Assembly (NCBI GenBank): GCA_003158365.1
Contig: PMIW01000054.1
Coordinates: forward strand, 1-45,851
From: Ignavibacteriota bacterium
Lineage (GTDB): Bacteria; Bacteroidota; Ignavibacteria; Tepidaquicellales; Tepidaquicellaceae
Length of the DNA: 45,851 nt
Direction of reading: 5' to 3'
This document shows, in pieces, positions 1 through 9,500 of the stretch. Numbering within the stretch: the stretch's first letter is position 1; each line of letters starts with the position of its first letter. Made by a program: the position numbers and the translations under genes. The notes beneath the pieces are model-generated. The model was not told the origin of the DNA. It was given only the letters and a program-made list of their open reading frames with translations, and did no database searches.

Positions 1-81
1 GGACTTACAAGCGGAATTTATCTTTACAGGATGGAATGCAACGGGTACAGTGAAACGAAAAGAATGGTTCTGTTAAAATAA
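1..81 (+). CDS. 3' end of a secreted protein: tail of a T9SS type-A C-terminal sorting domain (partial, start outside window)
   Basis: Frame +1 reads GLTSGIYLYRMECNGYSETKRMVLLK then TAA at 79-81. It has the same SG.Y.YR....F...K.M.L.K-stop ending as the nine complete sorting-domain ORFs in the window. Confidence 0.6.
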   Translation, partial: GLTSGIYLYRMECNGYSETKRMVLLK

Positions 82-109
82 TTTTTGCTTTAAATATTTT
101 TAAAATTTT

Positions 110-133
110 AAGAGCCTGCCTTGGCGGGCTCTT
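110..133. terminator. Hairpin between convergent genes (possible bidirectional terminator)
   Basis: AAGAGCCTGCC-TT-GGCGGGCTCTT gives an 11-bp stem with one G.U position. It is flanked by A/T-rich tracts and lies between the + gene ending at 81 and the - gene ending at 178. Confidence 0.5.
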
Positions 134-177
134 AAAATTATTATCCGCCTTTTAAGGATGATTTGATTTCTCTTATT

Positions 178-639
178 TTACGCTTTTCCGTAAACTCTTT
201 CATAGATAATCTTTCCGAGTATCGGAACCCTTACTTTTTCACCCTGGAAAGATTTTACTGCGAGATAAATACCGTAAGAGATTCCCGCTAAAACAAATAT
301 CATTATAACAGCACCGAATAATATAGAAATAATAATCATATATTCGGGTAATCCGTCACTATGCCTGTAATATCCTGATGTATGGAATCCCAGACTGCCA
401 AATAATATTATCATAAAAAAAGCCACAAAAAATCCTATAATCACCGAATAAGCCAGATGATAAAAAATTGACTGTAAAGCATGAAATCTTACAAATTTGG
501 ATTTATCCTTTTGAATCGCCCAGATAATAATAGGCACCAGTATCCCGCCCAAAATCATCGAAAGATGACAAAACAAAGATAAAGTTTTTTCATCACTCGT
601 TATTATTTCTTCGGTTTTAATTTCTTCAGTGTTTTCCAT
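178..639 (-). CDS. DUF4870-like small integral membrane protein
   Basis: 153 aa. An acidic N-terminus is followed by four hydrophobic segments. The pattern LSLFCHLSMILGGILVPIIIWAIQKDKSKFVRFHALQSIFYHL is typical of DUF4870/YxaI-type proteins. Confidence 0.7.
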   Translation of the reverse strand: MENTEEIKTEEIITSDEKTLSLFCHLSMILGGILVPIIIWAIQKDKSKFVRFHALQSIFYHLAYSVIIGFFVAFFMIILFGSLGFHTSGYYRHSDGLPEYMIIISILFGAVIMIFVLAGISYGIYLAVKSFQGEKVRVPILGKIIYERVYGKA

Positions 640-690
640 AAATAAATTTTATTAAGTTAGAATCGTTCTTTATATTTCATTATACGTCTG

Positions 691-756
691 TTATAAAAAA
701 AAGTTTTCATTCTTTCCCGAATACTCTGTCTGCTTTACTTCTTCAGTATTTTCCAT
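691..756 (-). pseudogene. Duplicated 5' fragment of the DUF4870 gene (21-codon ORF MENTEEVKQTEYSGKNENFFL)
   Basis: TTCTTCAGTATTTTCCATAAATAAA at 739-763 matches TTCTTCAGTGTTTTCCATAAATAAA at 622-646 with one mismatch. The similarity runs about 40 nt into the coding part (MENTEEIKTEE versus MENTEEVKQTEY). Confidence 0.35.
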
Positions 757-766
757 AAATAAAAAT

Positions 767-1774
767 TTATTTTATAATAACCATTCTTTTTGTATCGCTG
801 AAATCATCAGTGCTTAACCTGAAGTAATATACCCCGCTGGCAAGCCTGTTTGGCTCCCATTTCATATCATAAGTTCCGGCTTTCAAATCAGAATTAATTA
901 CTGTCGCAACTTCCTTTCCAAGTAAATCATATACCTTTAAACTCACGAATCCGTTATCTTTCAGGTTGAACTTGAAATTCGTGGAAGGATTAAAAGGGTT
1001 AGGATAATTCTGGAATAGTATTGTTTTTTCCGGTACTATATCCGAATATCCGTAAACACCCGTCATCCATCCGTTAAAAAGAACCTGAAGTGAATCAATA
1101 GGGTCGTGGCTTACAGCGGCATTTAAAACTTTAAGGTCTAATTTCAGCACACCCAGAGTATCTGATGTCCGCGCAACACGTATGAAAGCAGATTGCGAAG
1201 AAGTATTTCTCGCGGCACACCTTGTATCAGCACCGATAACTTTTGCACCCTGCAATGCCGCCATAAGTTTCTGTGCAAGGCTTCCCTGAGTCCTGTTGAA
1301 CCTCGCCTGCATTGAATCGAGAATCTGCGAACCCAATAATATATTACCCTGAATAGTGTATGTTGCACCTATTATATGACCTTTCCAGTTAGTGCAGTTA
1401 GTTCCCGTATAAGCCGCAGTTCTTCCGCCATTAACCAAATCTATGATTCCATATTGCCTGAGAGTAGGATTATTTTGTGCATCATGAGCAATTAATGAAT
1501 CGAGAATTTGTTGCGGTGGAAGATGAAGATTCATTAAAGATTTTGCATAATTATAATTTGCCTGCAGCCATGATGCCTGTGTATGAACAACTCCCCAGCC
1601 GGGGTGTACATCGGTAAGTATTGTACAGTCTGTAACGCAGGAAGCACCTGCACTTCCTACCTCTCCGGTAACCGGATCAATTGCCACTATTGAAAAAGTA
1701 TCCTGTGAGCTGACATTAAAAGCAAAAACTAAAGAAAAAATAAAAAATAAAGTACAGGAAATAATTTTTTTCAT
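767..1774 (-). CDS. Secreted DUF1028-family (Ntn-hydrolase-like fold) protein with T9SS C-terminal sorting domain
   Basis: The start is taken at the internal ATG (MKKIISCTLFFIFSLVFAFNVSSQ signal peptide). The longer ORF to 1831 would overlap the upstream gene. The mature part begins TFSIVAIDPVTGEVGSAGASC, the DUF1028 N-terminal signature. The C-terminus is QNYPNPFNPSTNF...GVYYFRLSTDDFSDTKRMVIIK. Confidence 0.75.
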   Translation of the reverse strand: MKKIISCTLFFIFSLVFAFNVSSQDTFSIVAIDPVTGEVGSAGASCVTDCTILTDVHPGWGVVHTQASWLQANYNYAKSLMNLHLPPQQILDSLIAHDAQNNPTLRQYGIIDLVNGGRTAAYTGTNCTNWKGHIIGATYTIQGNILLGSQILDSMQARFNRTQGSLAQKLMAALQGAKVIGADTRCAARNTSSQSAFIRVARTSDTLGVLKLDLKVLNAAVSHDPIDSLQVLFNGWMTGVYGYSDIVPEKTILFQNYPNPFNPSTNFKFNLKDNGFVSLKVYDLLGKEVATVINSDLKAGTYDMKWEPNRLASGVYYFRLSTDDFSDTKRMVIIK

Positions 1775-1793
1775 TTTTGTAAAATTAATGTTT

Positions 1794-3020
1794 CTATTTT
1801 TGGAATTTTTCAAGAAGATTCCCAACAGCATCCTTATTAACCATAAAATCCATCATTTTCAGTTTGACATAATCTTCGTGATAGAAATAATATCCTTTTG
1901 GTTCGACATTTTTTGAACCTGCACCCGAATCTTTTATTAAAAACCAGTCTTTTCCGTTTTTAGTCTCAAATCCGACTATGTGAATTCCATGGTCATCTCC
2001 GGTAGTCTGGTTTGAAAAACGGAACTGGCGGGCATAATCATCTATATAATCGGACGGGATATCGAAAGTGGGAATAATAGCGCATTTTACATGAGAGTCA
2101 TATCCCGGTTCAGATACATCACCTCCTAGAGCAACAGTATAACCGTTTCGGACCGACTGTTTTATTAAACTCATAAATACATCCAGCGGTACATTATAAT
2201 AATCCTTGCTGTGCCACCAGTTATCCGGGACTTTATACTCTACCTGCTGATAAAACGGTTCCTGCATATAAGAAACTACGTCAACATAATCGTCGAGCTT
2301 CAGGTCAACAAATTTATTAAAATATTCCTGTGGTGTGTATTCATCCCCGTCAACTTTCACTTTCGCAGGAGGTGCTCCGAGATAGTGATTCATTATATCT
2401 TTTATCGTTGCAACAGTTTCCTCTTCATTCCAAAGATTATTCTTTTTTGCATTCTGAAGATAACTTGTCATCTCATCAATCATTTTAGTGTGGTCGTGGT
2501 ACATCTGCCCCGGAAGCAAGCCGGTGTATGATTCCAGAGGAACAGCACCATACTTCTTCCAGATTCTCGGTACTGCGTTTCCCTCAGAGCCTTCACCGAA
2601 AACCGAATTCCCTCTTTCGCGAATAAAGCGTCTGGTTTTTTCCACATACTCCCAGTATACAGTGTATAGCACCGAAAGCTTAATTTCTTTTTTGTGCAAA
2701 CGGTATATTTCAGATTCGAAATACGATATTGTGGAAAAAGCCCAGCAGGTTCCTGTCTGTCCCTGAGACACGGGAGGATTGTGCCAGAAAGTTTTAAATT
2801 CATCGAGCGACTTAGGTAAATCCATTCCGCTAAAATCAACCTTGAATGATTTGCTGACTTCCTTATCGGGCGTGTTATACCTTTCAATTTCTTTCGACAT
2901 ATCTTCATAAAATTCGCTCTTCGGCTCTACAAATACTGCCTTTGTATGATTTTCATTCTGCCCTTTTGTTATAGAAGAAAAGATGAAAACAGATAATGCT
3001 AATATTAAATATTTTTTCAT
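1794..3020 (-). CDS. pepC: C1-family cysteine peptidase, aminopeptidase C / bleomycin-hydrolase-like, with signal peptide
   Basis: 408 aa. The catalytic Cys context is QGQTGTCWAFSTISYFESE and the His context is GDDHGIHIVGF, followed by WFLIKDSG. The N-terminus MKKYLILALSVFIFSSITKGQ looks like a Sec signal. Confidence 0.8.
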   Translation of the reverse strand: MKKYLILALSVFIFSSITKGQNENHTKAVFVEPKSEFYEDMSKEIERYNTPDKEVSKSFKVDFSGMDLPKSLDEFKTFWHNPPVSQGQTGTCWAFSTISYFESEIYRLHKKEIKLSVLYTVYWEYVEKTRRFIRERGNSVFGEGSEGNAVPRIWKKYGAVPLESYTGLLPGQMYHDHTKMIDEMTSYLQNAKKNNLWNEEETVATIKDIMNHYLGAPPAKVKVDGDEYTPQEYFNKFVDLKLDDYVDVVSYMQEPFYQQVEYKVPDNWWHSKDYYNVPLDVFMSLIKQSVRNGYTVALGGDVSEPGYDSHVKCAIIPTFDIPSDYIDDYARQFRFSNQTTGDDHGIHIVGFETKNGKDWFLIKDSGAGSKNVEPKGYYFYHEDYVKLKMMDFMVNKDAVGNLLEKFQK

Positions 3021-3131
3021 AATTTAATACCTAATTTTTAAATTTAATTTTGAATAATTTCCTTTAATATCAAACATTTTAAATTAATATTCCGTATAAA
3101 TATTTGTATATAACCTTTTCAAAATAAGCAT

Positions 3132-6035
3132 ATGAATAAATTAATTTTAACTCTTCTTACTTTATTATTAACAGGTATTTGTTATTCCCAGAGTAATTTC
3201 GAGAATAACCCCATTCCATTTACGAGCGCAGAAAAGAGGCTTGAGAGTTTTTCAAAGCAGTTAAGGGAGCGTGAAAATTCGATTCTGAAAAATGTGGAAT
3301 TCAGGTCAGTCGGTCCGACCGTAATGAGCGGCAGGGTCGTGGACCTTGATGTAAATCCAGACGACCCGACCATTTTTTATGTTGCATATGCATCAGGCGG
3401 TTTATGGAAGACTACAAATAATGGAATTTCATTCAACCCTTTATTCGATAATGAATCTGTAATCTCAATCGGTGATATTGCTGTAGACTGGAAGAATAAT
3501 ATTATCTACATTGGAACAGGTGAAAACAATTCGAGCCGTTCATCTTACTCAGGAACAGGAATTTACAAATCAACCGATGACGGAAAAAACTGGATTAACA
3601 TTGGACTGATTGAAACTCATAGAATTGGCAGAATCGTTATTGACCCCTCAAATCAAAATACAATATGGGTTGCGGCACTCGGACATCTTTTTTCGCCAAA
3701 TCCGGAAAGAGGAATTTATAAAACACAGGACGGAGGAAAATCGTGGAAACAGACTTTATTCATAAATGATAATACCGGTGCAATTGATTTGACAGTTAAT
3801 CCCGATAATTCGAAAATACTTTATGCTTCTATGTGGTTCAGGGAAAGAAGAAGCTGGGAAGGATATGAAGCAGGAAGCGCTTCGGGAATTTATAAAAGTC
3901 TCGACGGAGGAGACAGCTGGACTCTGATTTCCACAAAAGAAAGCGGATTTCCTGTCGGTGCAGGTATCGGAAGAATAGGACTGGCATTGTATCAGGGGAA
4001 TACAAATCTTATTTATGCTCTTCTCGACAACCACGAACTAAAAGAGAAAAAAGAAGAAAAAGAAGAAAGTGTCATAACTAAGGATTTACTAAAAAAAATC
4101 AGTGTTGAGGATTTTCTTAACTTAAAAGAGGAAGATGTAAACCAGTATCTCGATGATAATGATTTTCCCGATAAATATACTGCAAAAGTCGTTTTCGAAA
4201 TGGTCAGAAGCGGAAAAATAAAACCGGTTGCACTCGTGGAATATCTCGATGATGCAGAGAGCAGAATGTTCGAGACAGACTATAAAGGTGCGGAGGTTTA
4301 CCGCTCGGAAGATGCAGGAAAAACTTGGCATAAAACACACGAGGATAATATTAACGATGTGTTTTATACTTACGGATATTATTTCGCAAATATAAGAGTA
4401 TCACCGGCAAATCCAGATAAAATTTTTGTACTGGGTGTACCTATAATCAGGTCTGATGACGGTGGAAAAACTTTTAAATTAATTTCAAGAGAAAATGTTC
4501 ACGCAGATAATCACGCACTGTGGATTAATCCAAAACGCGAAGGTCATATAATACTCGGAAATGACGGTGGTATAAATATCAGCTATGACGACGGAAAAAC
4601 CTGGTTCAAAGCAAATACACCTGCGGTCGGACAGTTTTATTCTGTGAATATTGATTATGAAAAACCCTACAATGTATATGGCGGGCTTCAGGATAACGGA
4701 GTTTGGTACGGTCCGAGCACATACATAGCAAATTACAACTGGTATGCTTCAGGTGAATACCCTTACAAATCCTTAATGGGCGGCGATGGCATGCAGGTAG
4801 CAATCGATATGAGAGATAACAACACTGTATATACAGGTTACCAGTTCGGTAATTATTACAGGATTAAAAAAAACGAACATGATTATAAATATATAACACC
4901 AAAACACGATTTAGGTGAAAAGCCGTTCAGGTTTAACTGGCAGTCACCTATTCAAATTTCGGTTCATAATCAGGATATAATTTATTTTGGTTCGAACAAA
5001 CTTCACCGCTCGATGAATAAAGGGGATAGTTTTGAAACAATCTCGGGAGATTTAACAAACGGCGGAAGACCGGGAAAGGTGCCTTACGGCACGCTTACAA
5101 CGATTCACGAATCTCCCTTAAAATTCGGACTAATTTATACAGGCAGTGATGATGGTGCTGTATATGTGACAAAGAGCGGAGGATATATCTGGGAAAATAT
5201 TTCAGACGGACTTCCCCGTTATTACTGGATTAGCAGGGTTCAGGCATCTGCATTCGATACTGCTGCCGTATATGTTTCTGTGAATGGTTTCAGATGGGAT
5301 AATTTCGAACCTCTGTTATTCCGCTCGACTGATTACGGGAAAAACTGGATTCAGATTGGAAAAGATTTACCTCTTGCCCCTGTAAATGTTATAAAAGAAG
5401 ACCCGGTTAATGAAAATATTTTATATGCGGGAACTGACCTGGGAATTTTTGTATCGCTTGATAAAGGAAAAAACTTTTTACCGCTATTCAAAGGTCTTCC
5501 GAACGTACCTGTTCACGACCTCGTAATTCATCCGAGAGATAAAGAACTGGTCGCCGGTACTCACGGCAGGTCTATATATATTGCCGATGTTCAGTACATT
5601 CAACAGTTTACTGATGATATTCTGAAAAAAGATTTATATGTTTTTGATTTACAGGATATCAATTTTAATAAAAACTGGGGAAGAAAAGATGATACATGGT
5701 CTGATACTCTTGTACCTGACTTTTCTTTCATATATTACTGCAATAAACCCGGTATTCTGAAAATCAGCATTTATACCGAAGACAGCCTTAATATTAACAG
5801 CCTGGAATACAGGAGTGATGCAGGTTTGAACTTTATGAAATATGATTTATCAGTAGACGGTAATAAAGCAGACCTGTATTTAAACGATATTAAATATTTA
5901 AAGAAAGATAAGAAAACAGATACAAACAAGATTTATCTGAAACCGGGTAAATACGCCGTGGAATTCGAGTTGAACGGAATCACAGAAAGAAAAACTTTCG
6001 AAATCAAAGACCATAAAAGAAAAGGACGGAATTAG
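3132..6035 (+). CDS. VPS10/sortilin-like BNR (Asp-box) repeat beta-propeller protein, secreted
   Basis: 967 aa with a signal peptide. There are ten S/T-x-D-x-G-x-x-W/F Asp-boxes: STDDGKNW, TQDGGKSW, SLDGGDSW, SEDAGKTW, SDDGGKTF, SYDDGKTW, MNKGDSF, KSGGYIW, STDYGKNW, SLDKGKNF. No T9SS sorting domain is present. Confidence 0.7.
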   Translation: MNKLILTLLTLLLTGICYSQSNFENNPIPFTSAEKRLESFSKQLRERENSILKNVEFRSVGPTVMSGRVVDLDVNPDDPTIFYVAYASGGLWKTTNNGISFNPLFDNESVISIGDIAVDWKNNIIYIGTGENNSSRSSYSGTGIYKSTDDGKNWINIGLIETHRIGRIVIDPSNQNTIWVAALGHLFSPNPERGIYKTQDGGKSWKQTLFINDNTGAIDLTVNPDNSKILYASMWFRERRSWEGYEAGSASGIYKSLDGGDSWTLISTKESGFPVGAGIGRIGLALYQGNTNLIYALLDNHELKEKKEEKEESVITKDLLKKISVEDFLNLKEEDVNQYLDDNDFPDKYTAKVVFEMVRSGKIKPVALVEYLDDAESRMFETDYKGAEVYRSEDAGKTWHKTHEDNINDVFYTYGYYFANIRVSPANPDKIFVLGVPIIRSDDGGKTFKLISRENVHADNHALWINPKREGHIILGNDGGINISYDDGKTWFKANTPAVGQFYSVNIDYEKPYNVYGGLQDNGVWYGPSTYIANYNWYASGEYPYKSLMGGDGMQVAIDMRDNNTVYTGYQFGNYYRIKKNEHDYKYITPKHDLGEKPFRFNWQSPIQISVHNQDIIYFGSNKLHRSMNKGDSFETISGDLTNGGRPGKVPYGTLTTIHESPLKFGLIYTGSDDGAVYVTKSGGYIWENISDGLPRYYWISRVQASAFDTAAVYVSVNGFRWDNFEPLLFRSTDYGKNWIQIGKDLPLAPVNVIKEDPVNENILYAGTDLGIFVSLDKGKNFLPLFKGLPNVPVHDLVIHPRDKELVAGTHGRSIYIADVQYIQQFTDDILKKDLYVFDLQDINFNKNWGRKDDTWSDTLVPDFSFIYYCNKPGILKISIYTEDSLNINSLEYRSDAGLNFMKYDLSVDGNKADLYLNDIKYLKKDKKTDTNKIYLKPGKYAVEFELNGITERKTFEIKDHKRKGRN

Positions 6036-6248
6036 GATTAAAATGAATATTGGGTAATATGATACTTAGAGATTATTTTAACAATTATTGTCATCTAAAA
6101 TAATTCCGTATCATCCTCAATATTTAAGGATTTCGGCGAACAACCATATTAGAAAACATATTAAATAATATTAAATTAATTATTGCTATTTAAATAATAC
6201 AATATTATATTTGTATGAAAACTTTTTTAAAACCTAAAAATATCATTT

Positions 6249-6527
6249 ATGAACAAAGAACAACTTATTGACAAATTAGCAGGCGAAATAAAAGTAACAA
6301 AAGTTACTGCAAAAGCCGCGATAGACAGTATTATGGATATCATTAAAAAAACTCTCAAAAAAGGGGATAAAGTTGGATTAGTCGGTTTTGGTACGTTCCA
6401 GGTCGGTAAAAGGAAAGCCCGCAAAGGCCGCAACCCGCAGACCGGAAAAGAAATCAACATTGCTGCCAAGAAAGTTGTAAAATTCAAAGCCGGAAAAGAA
6501 TTCGCAGGATACGTGAATAAAAAGTAA
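6249..6527 (+). CDS. hup: HU-family nucleoid DNA-binding protein
   Basis: 92 aa. It reads MNKEQLIDKLA...GDKVGLVGFGTFQVGKRKARKGRNPQTGKEINIAAKKVVKFKAGKEF, a canonical HU/IHF fold signature including the RNPQTG arm. Confidence 0.92.
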   Translation: MNKEQLIDKLAGEIKVTKVTAKAAIDSIMDIIKKTLKKGDKVGLVGFGTFQVGKRKARKGRNPQTGKEINIAAKKVVKFKAGKEFAGYVNKK

Positions 6528-6552
6528 GCTTTGTATTGGTTTTAAATTAAGG

Positions 6553-6590
6553 AAGGTATTGTGTTGTAAGACATAATACCTTTTTTATTT
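6553..6590 (+). terminator. Rho-independent terminator after the HU gene
   Basis: AAGGTATTGTG - loop TTGTAAGA - CATAATACCTT, then TTTTTTATTTT. The T-tract overlaps the stop of the convergent S8 gene. Confidence 0.7.
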
Positions 6591-9500
6591 TACAATCATA
6601 AATTTCCCCGTCTTATCATCGACCGCATTTCCGTTTGAATCTTTCCCTTCAGCTCTGAATATATAAACCCCCGTCGGAATATCTTTACCGTCATTGGTTT
6701 TCAGGTTCCACTCAGCTCCGCCGTTTCCTCCTGTTGCATCTACCTTTGCAAGATACCTTCCGGTTAAATCATAAATATAAATCGTAGCGGTCCTCGTCAG
6801 GTTTGCAAATGTGATGAAATCCTGTTTTGAATTTTTTGTATGCGGATTCGGATAAACAAAAACATCATTCAGGTTTTCCCTGTTGAAAATAAGTCCGAAA
6901 CTTGCTCCCGCGCCTTCGCTGATTTTTACTCCCGTCGAAGAATAAATATTAAAAGCTTTCAGCAGATAATTTTTACCGCTTGCGCCTATATAACTGATAT
7001 TCGATAAATTCAGATATAATATATTCTTGCTTGAATTATCCGCTTCAACAGATAAAACTTTAAATCTAAACGGCTCAAAAGTGTAATTGCTCTGATTCCT
7101 GCAGGTTGTTGTATCAGTGTTCAGATTAAATTCAACTTTTAATCTGTATTTATCCGCAAGCGAAACAGACCTGATGTAAAACTGAACAGAGTCAGCCTGA
7201 TTTACCGTAAACGCAATGGAATTCGAATCGACCGGCGAGCCGTAAAAATCAGAAAGTCTGTTTGTTTTAATATTATAATCCCCGTTAGGTAACCTGCTGC
7301 TGTATGAAAGCAGGTACTCAAACGAATTTTTTACTCCTACTAATTTCGGAGAGCCAGCATTGCTCACCACAAACGAATTCGGCGGAGGAATTAAAATATT
7401 TATCTTTTCGGAATATGTAACAGTCAAAAATCCGTTGCCTTCTGATATAACCTTTACCAGTTTCGATTTATTATGTACAAACACGCTAATATAATTTGTC
7501 GGCTTGCTTTCCCTCACGCTTAAACTTGTATCTACTGCGGTAATCCTGTATAAATAATTCTTCCTGTTAATTACATTCACGTCAAAATAATTATTTTGCA
7601 ATGTTGAATCATATAATACAAAATTTGCTGTGCTGTCATCATCAGCTCTGTAAACCCTGAAATAATCAGCGTTAACAACGGAGGAAAAGCTCAGATAAAC
7701 TTTATTCGAATCTAAAGAATATGCACTGTAATTCAAAGGCGTCTGAGGTCCCGTAAAAGCAATGTCCTTTTCGTAAAAATACATCGTATCATTTACATTA
7801 TTTAACCCTATTTCCTTTATGCCGTTCCCGTCAAAATCATACACAAGTTGATTTACGGAATTTACGTTATTCAGATAAAAAACAGGTTCGAATTTCTGAT
7901 TCGTATTATTATATTTGAATATATAAAAACTTTTTCCTGCATTTATCAGAATCTCGTCTTTGCTGTCTGCATCTATATTCCCGGCTTTAGTCGATACTTC
8001 CGCATTTGCTTCGTTGTTATATATATCGATCCTGTCAAAAATGCTGTATCCGTTATTAATGAATTTATATATATACAGGCTGTAGTATTGAATTAAATCA
8101 GATGAATTACTTACAGTTCCGAAAGCAAATTCTTTTTTACCGTCACCGTCGAAATCACCTGCAATAATATTATCACCTTTTAAAAATCTCTCGAGTGTAT
8201 CAGTAAATACTTTCGCAAAACCTGTTTCAGATGTATTTTTATATACATTAATTCCCAGGTTTTGCGATACTGAATTTGCAAACGGGAAATAAGTATCTAT
8301 AAATACTATTTCATTTCTGCCGTCACTGTCGAAATCTTCCACGAGAACATTCTGGGAATTCGCCTGCGAAGACACAGTACTGTACTGCAATGTGGTGATT
8401 TCTCCGAACGTACTCCCGTTATATTCAAGTATCCGTAAGCCGTTTTTACCTAAACCTAGCACTTCTTTTTTCCCGTTATTATTTACATCCGCAAATCTTA
8501 CAGACCAGAAATTTTCATTTCCTTCATCGCTCCAGATTTTTACTGCCGGGAATTGATTCGGATTCGCCGCTTCATAAACGGCTCCGTTTCGGCTCGTCGA
8601 AGTGAGCAAGTCAATTTTATTATTACTGTTCAAATATGTCAAGTCCCTTGCAATCGAAAAATCAGGCAATACATAATTTTGAATCTTATTGAATACTCCG
8701 TTTGAGTATTCATATATATTTAACTTCAGATTATTATTTATGTCATTTGTGAATAAATCTTTCTTACCTGAATTATTTATATCAAAAATACTGTTACAGG
8801 TTTGAACAAACGGTAATGCATAACTCTTTTTAATGAACCCGTAATTATTTATTTGAGGTTTTGTTGTGAAATGAAAGGATGTGTCCTGCTTTATGCTGGT
8901 AGTACCGTTTAATGACTGAGACTCAATATAAAATTCATATTCTGTATTCGGGGATAAATCTTTTTCCTTAAGTAAACCGTAATGCAAATCCGAAATCAAA
9001 CCTATATTACCCGAGCTTCCGTCAGCATAAATAAAATTAAACGGTTCTGACACATTTCTCCTTTTATAATAAATCTTTGCGATAGATTTATATCTTGTTG
9101 AAAAAGTTATAAGCTCGGAATAATAATCCCTATCTATAATCTCACCGAATGCATAATCTGTTATTGTCGAAACATTATGGTCATAATAAAATATCAGTCT
9201 GTGCTCGATTGTCCTGCCTGTGTTGCTGTTTATTACCAGCCTCAATGTATAAGATGTATCGGGAAGCCCCGTCAGATTCCATATACACGCAGTGTCCTTT
9301 AAAATCTGTGAAGTTCTGTTGGTAATAATAGGATTAAACTGAAAAGGATTTTCCCCTATTCCGTAATAAATAGAATACGAATGGAATAGCGGTGATGCGG
9401 CGGAAATCACGATTGGTATTGTACTCAGCGTATCTGAGAAATCCTGGAACGGATAAAATATTCTGGCTACAGTCGGATTATTGTAATTATTAATCGCATT

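Noticed and set aside
6183-6213. Possible Bacteroidetes-type promoter upstream of the HU gene (TTG at 6183-6185, TATATTTG at 6206-6213)
   Set aside because: It matches the TTG / TAnnTTTG pattern. However, the region is extremely AT-rich, I could not find the same motif convincingly upstream of other genes here, and the promoter grammar of this lineage is not established. It is too weak to call as a feature.
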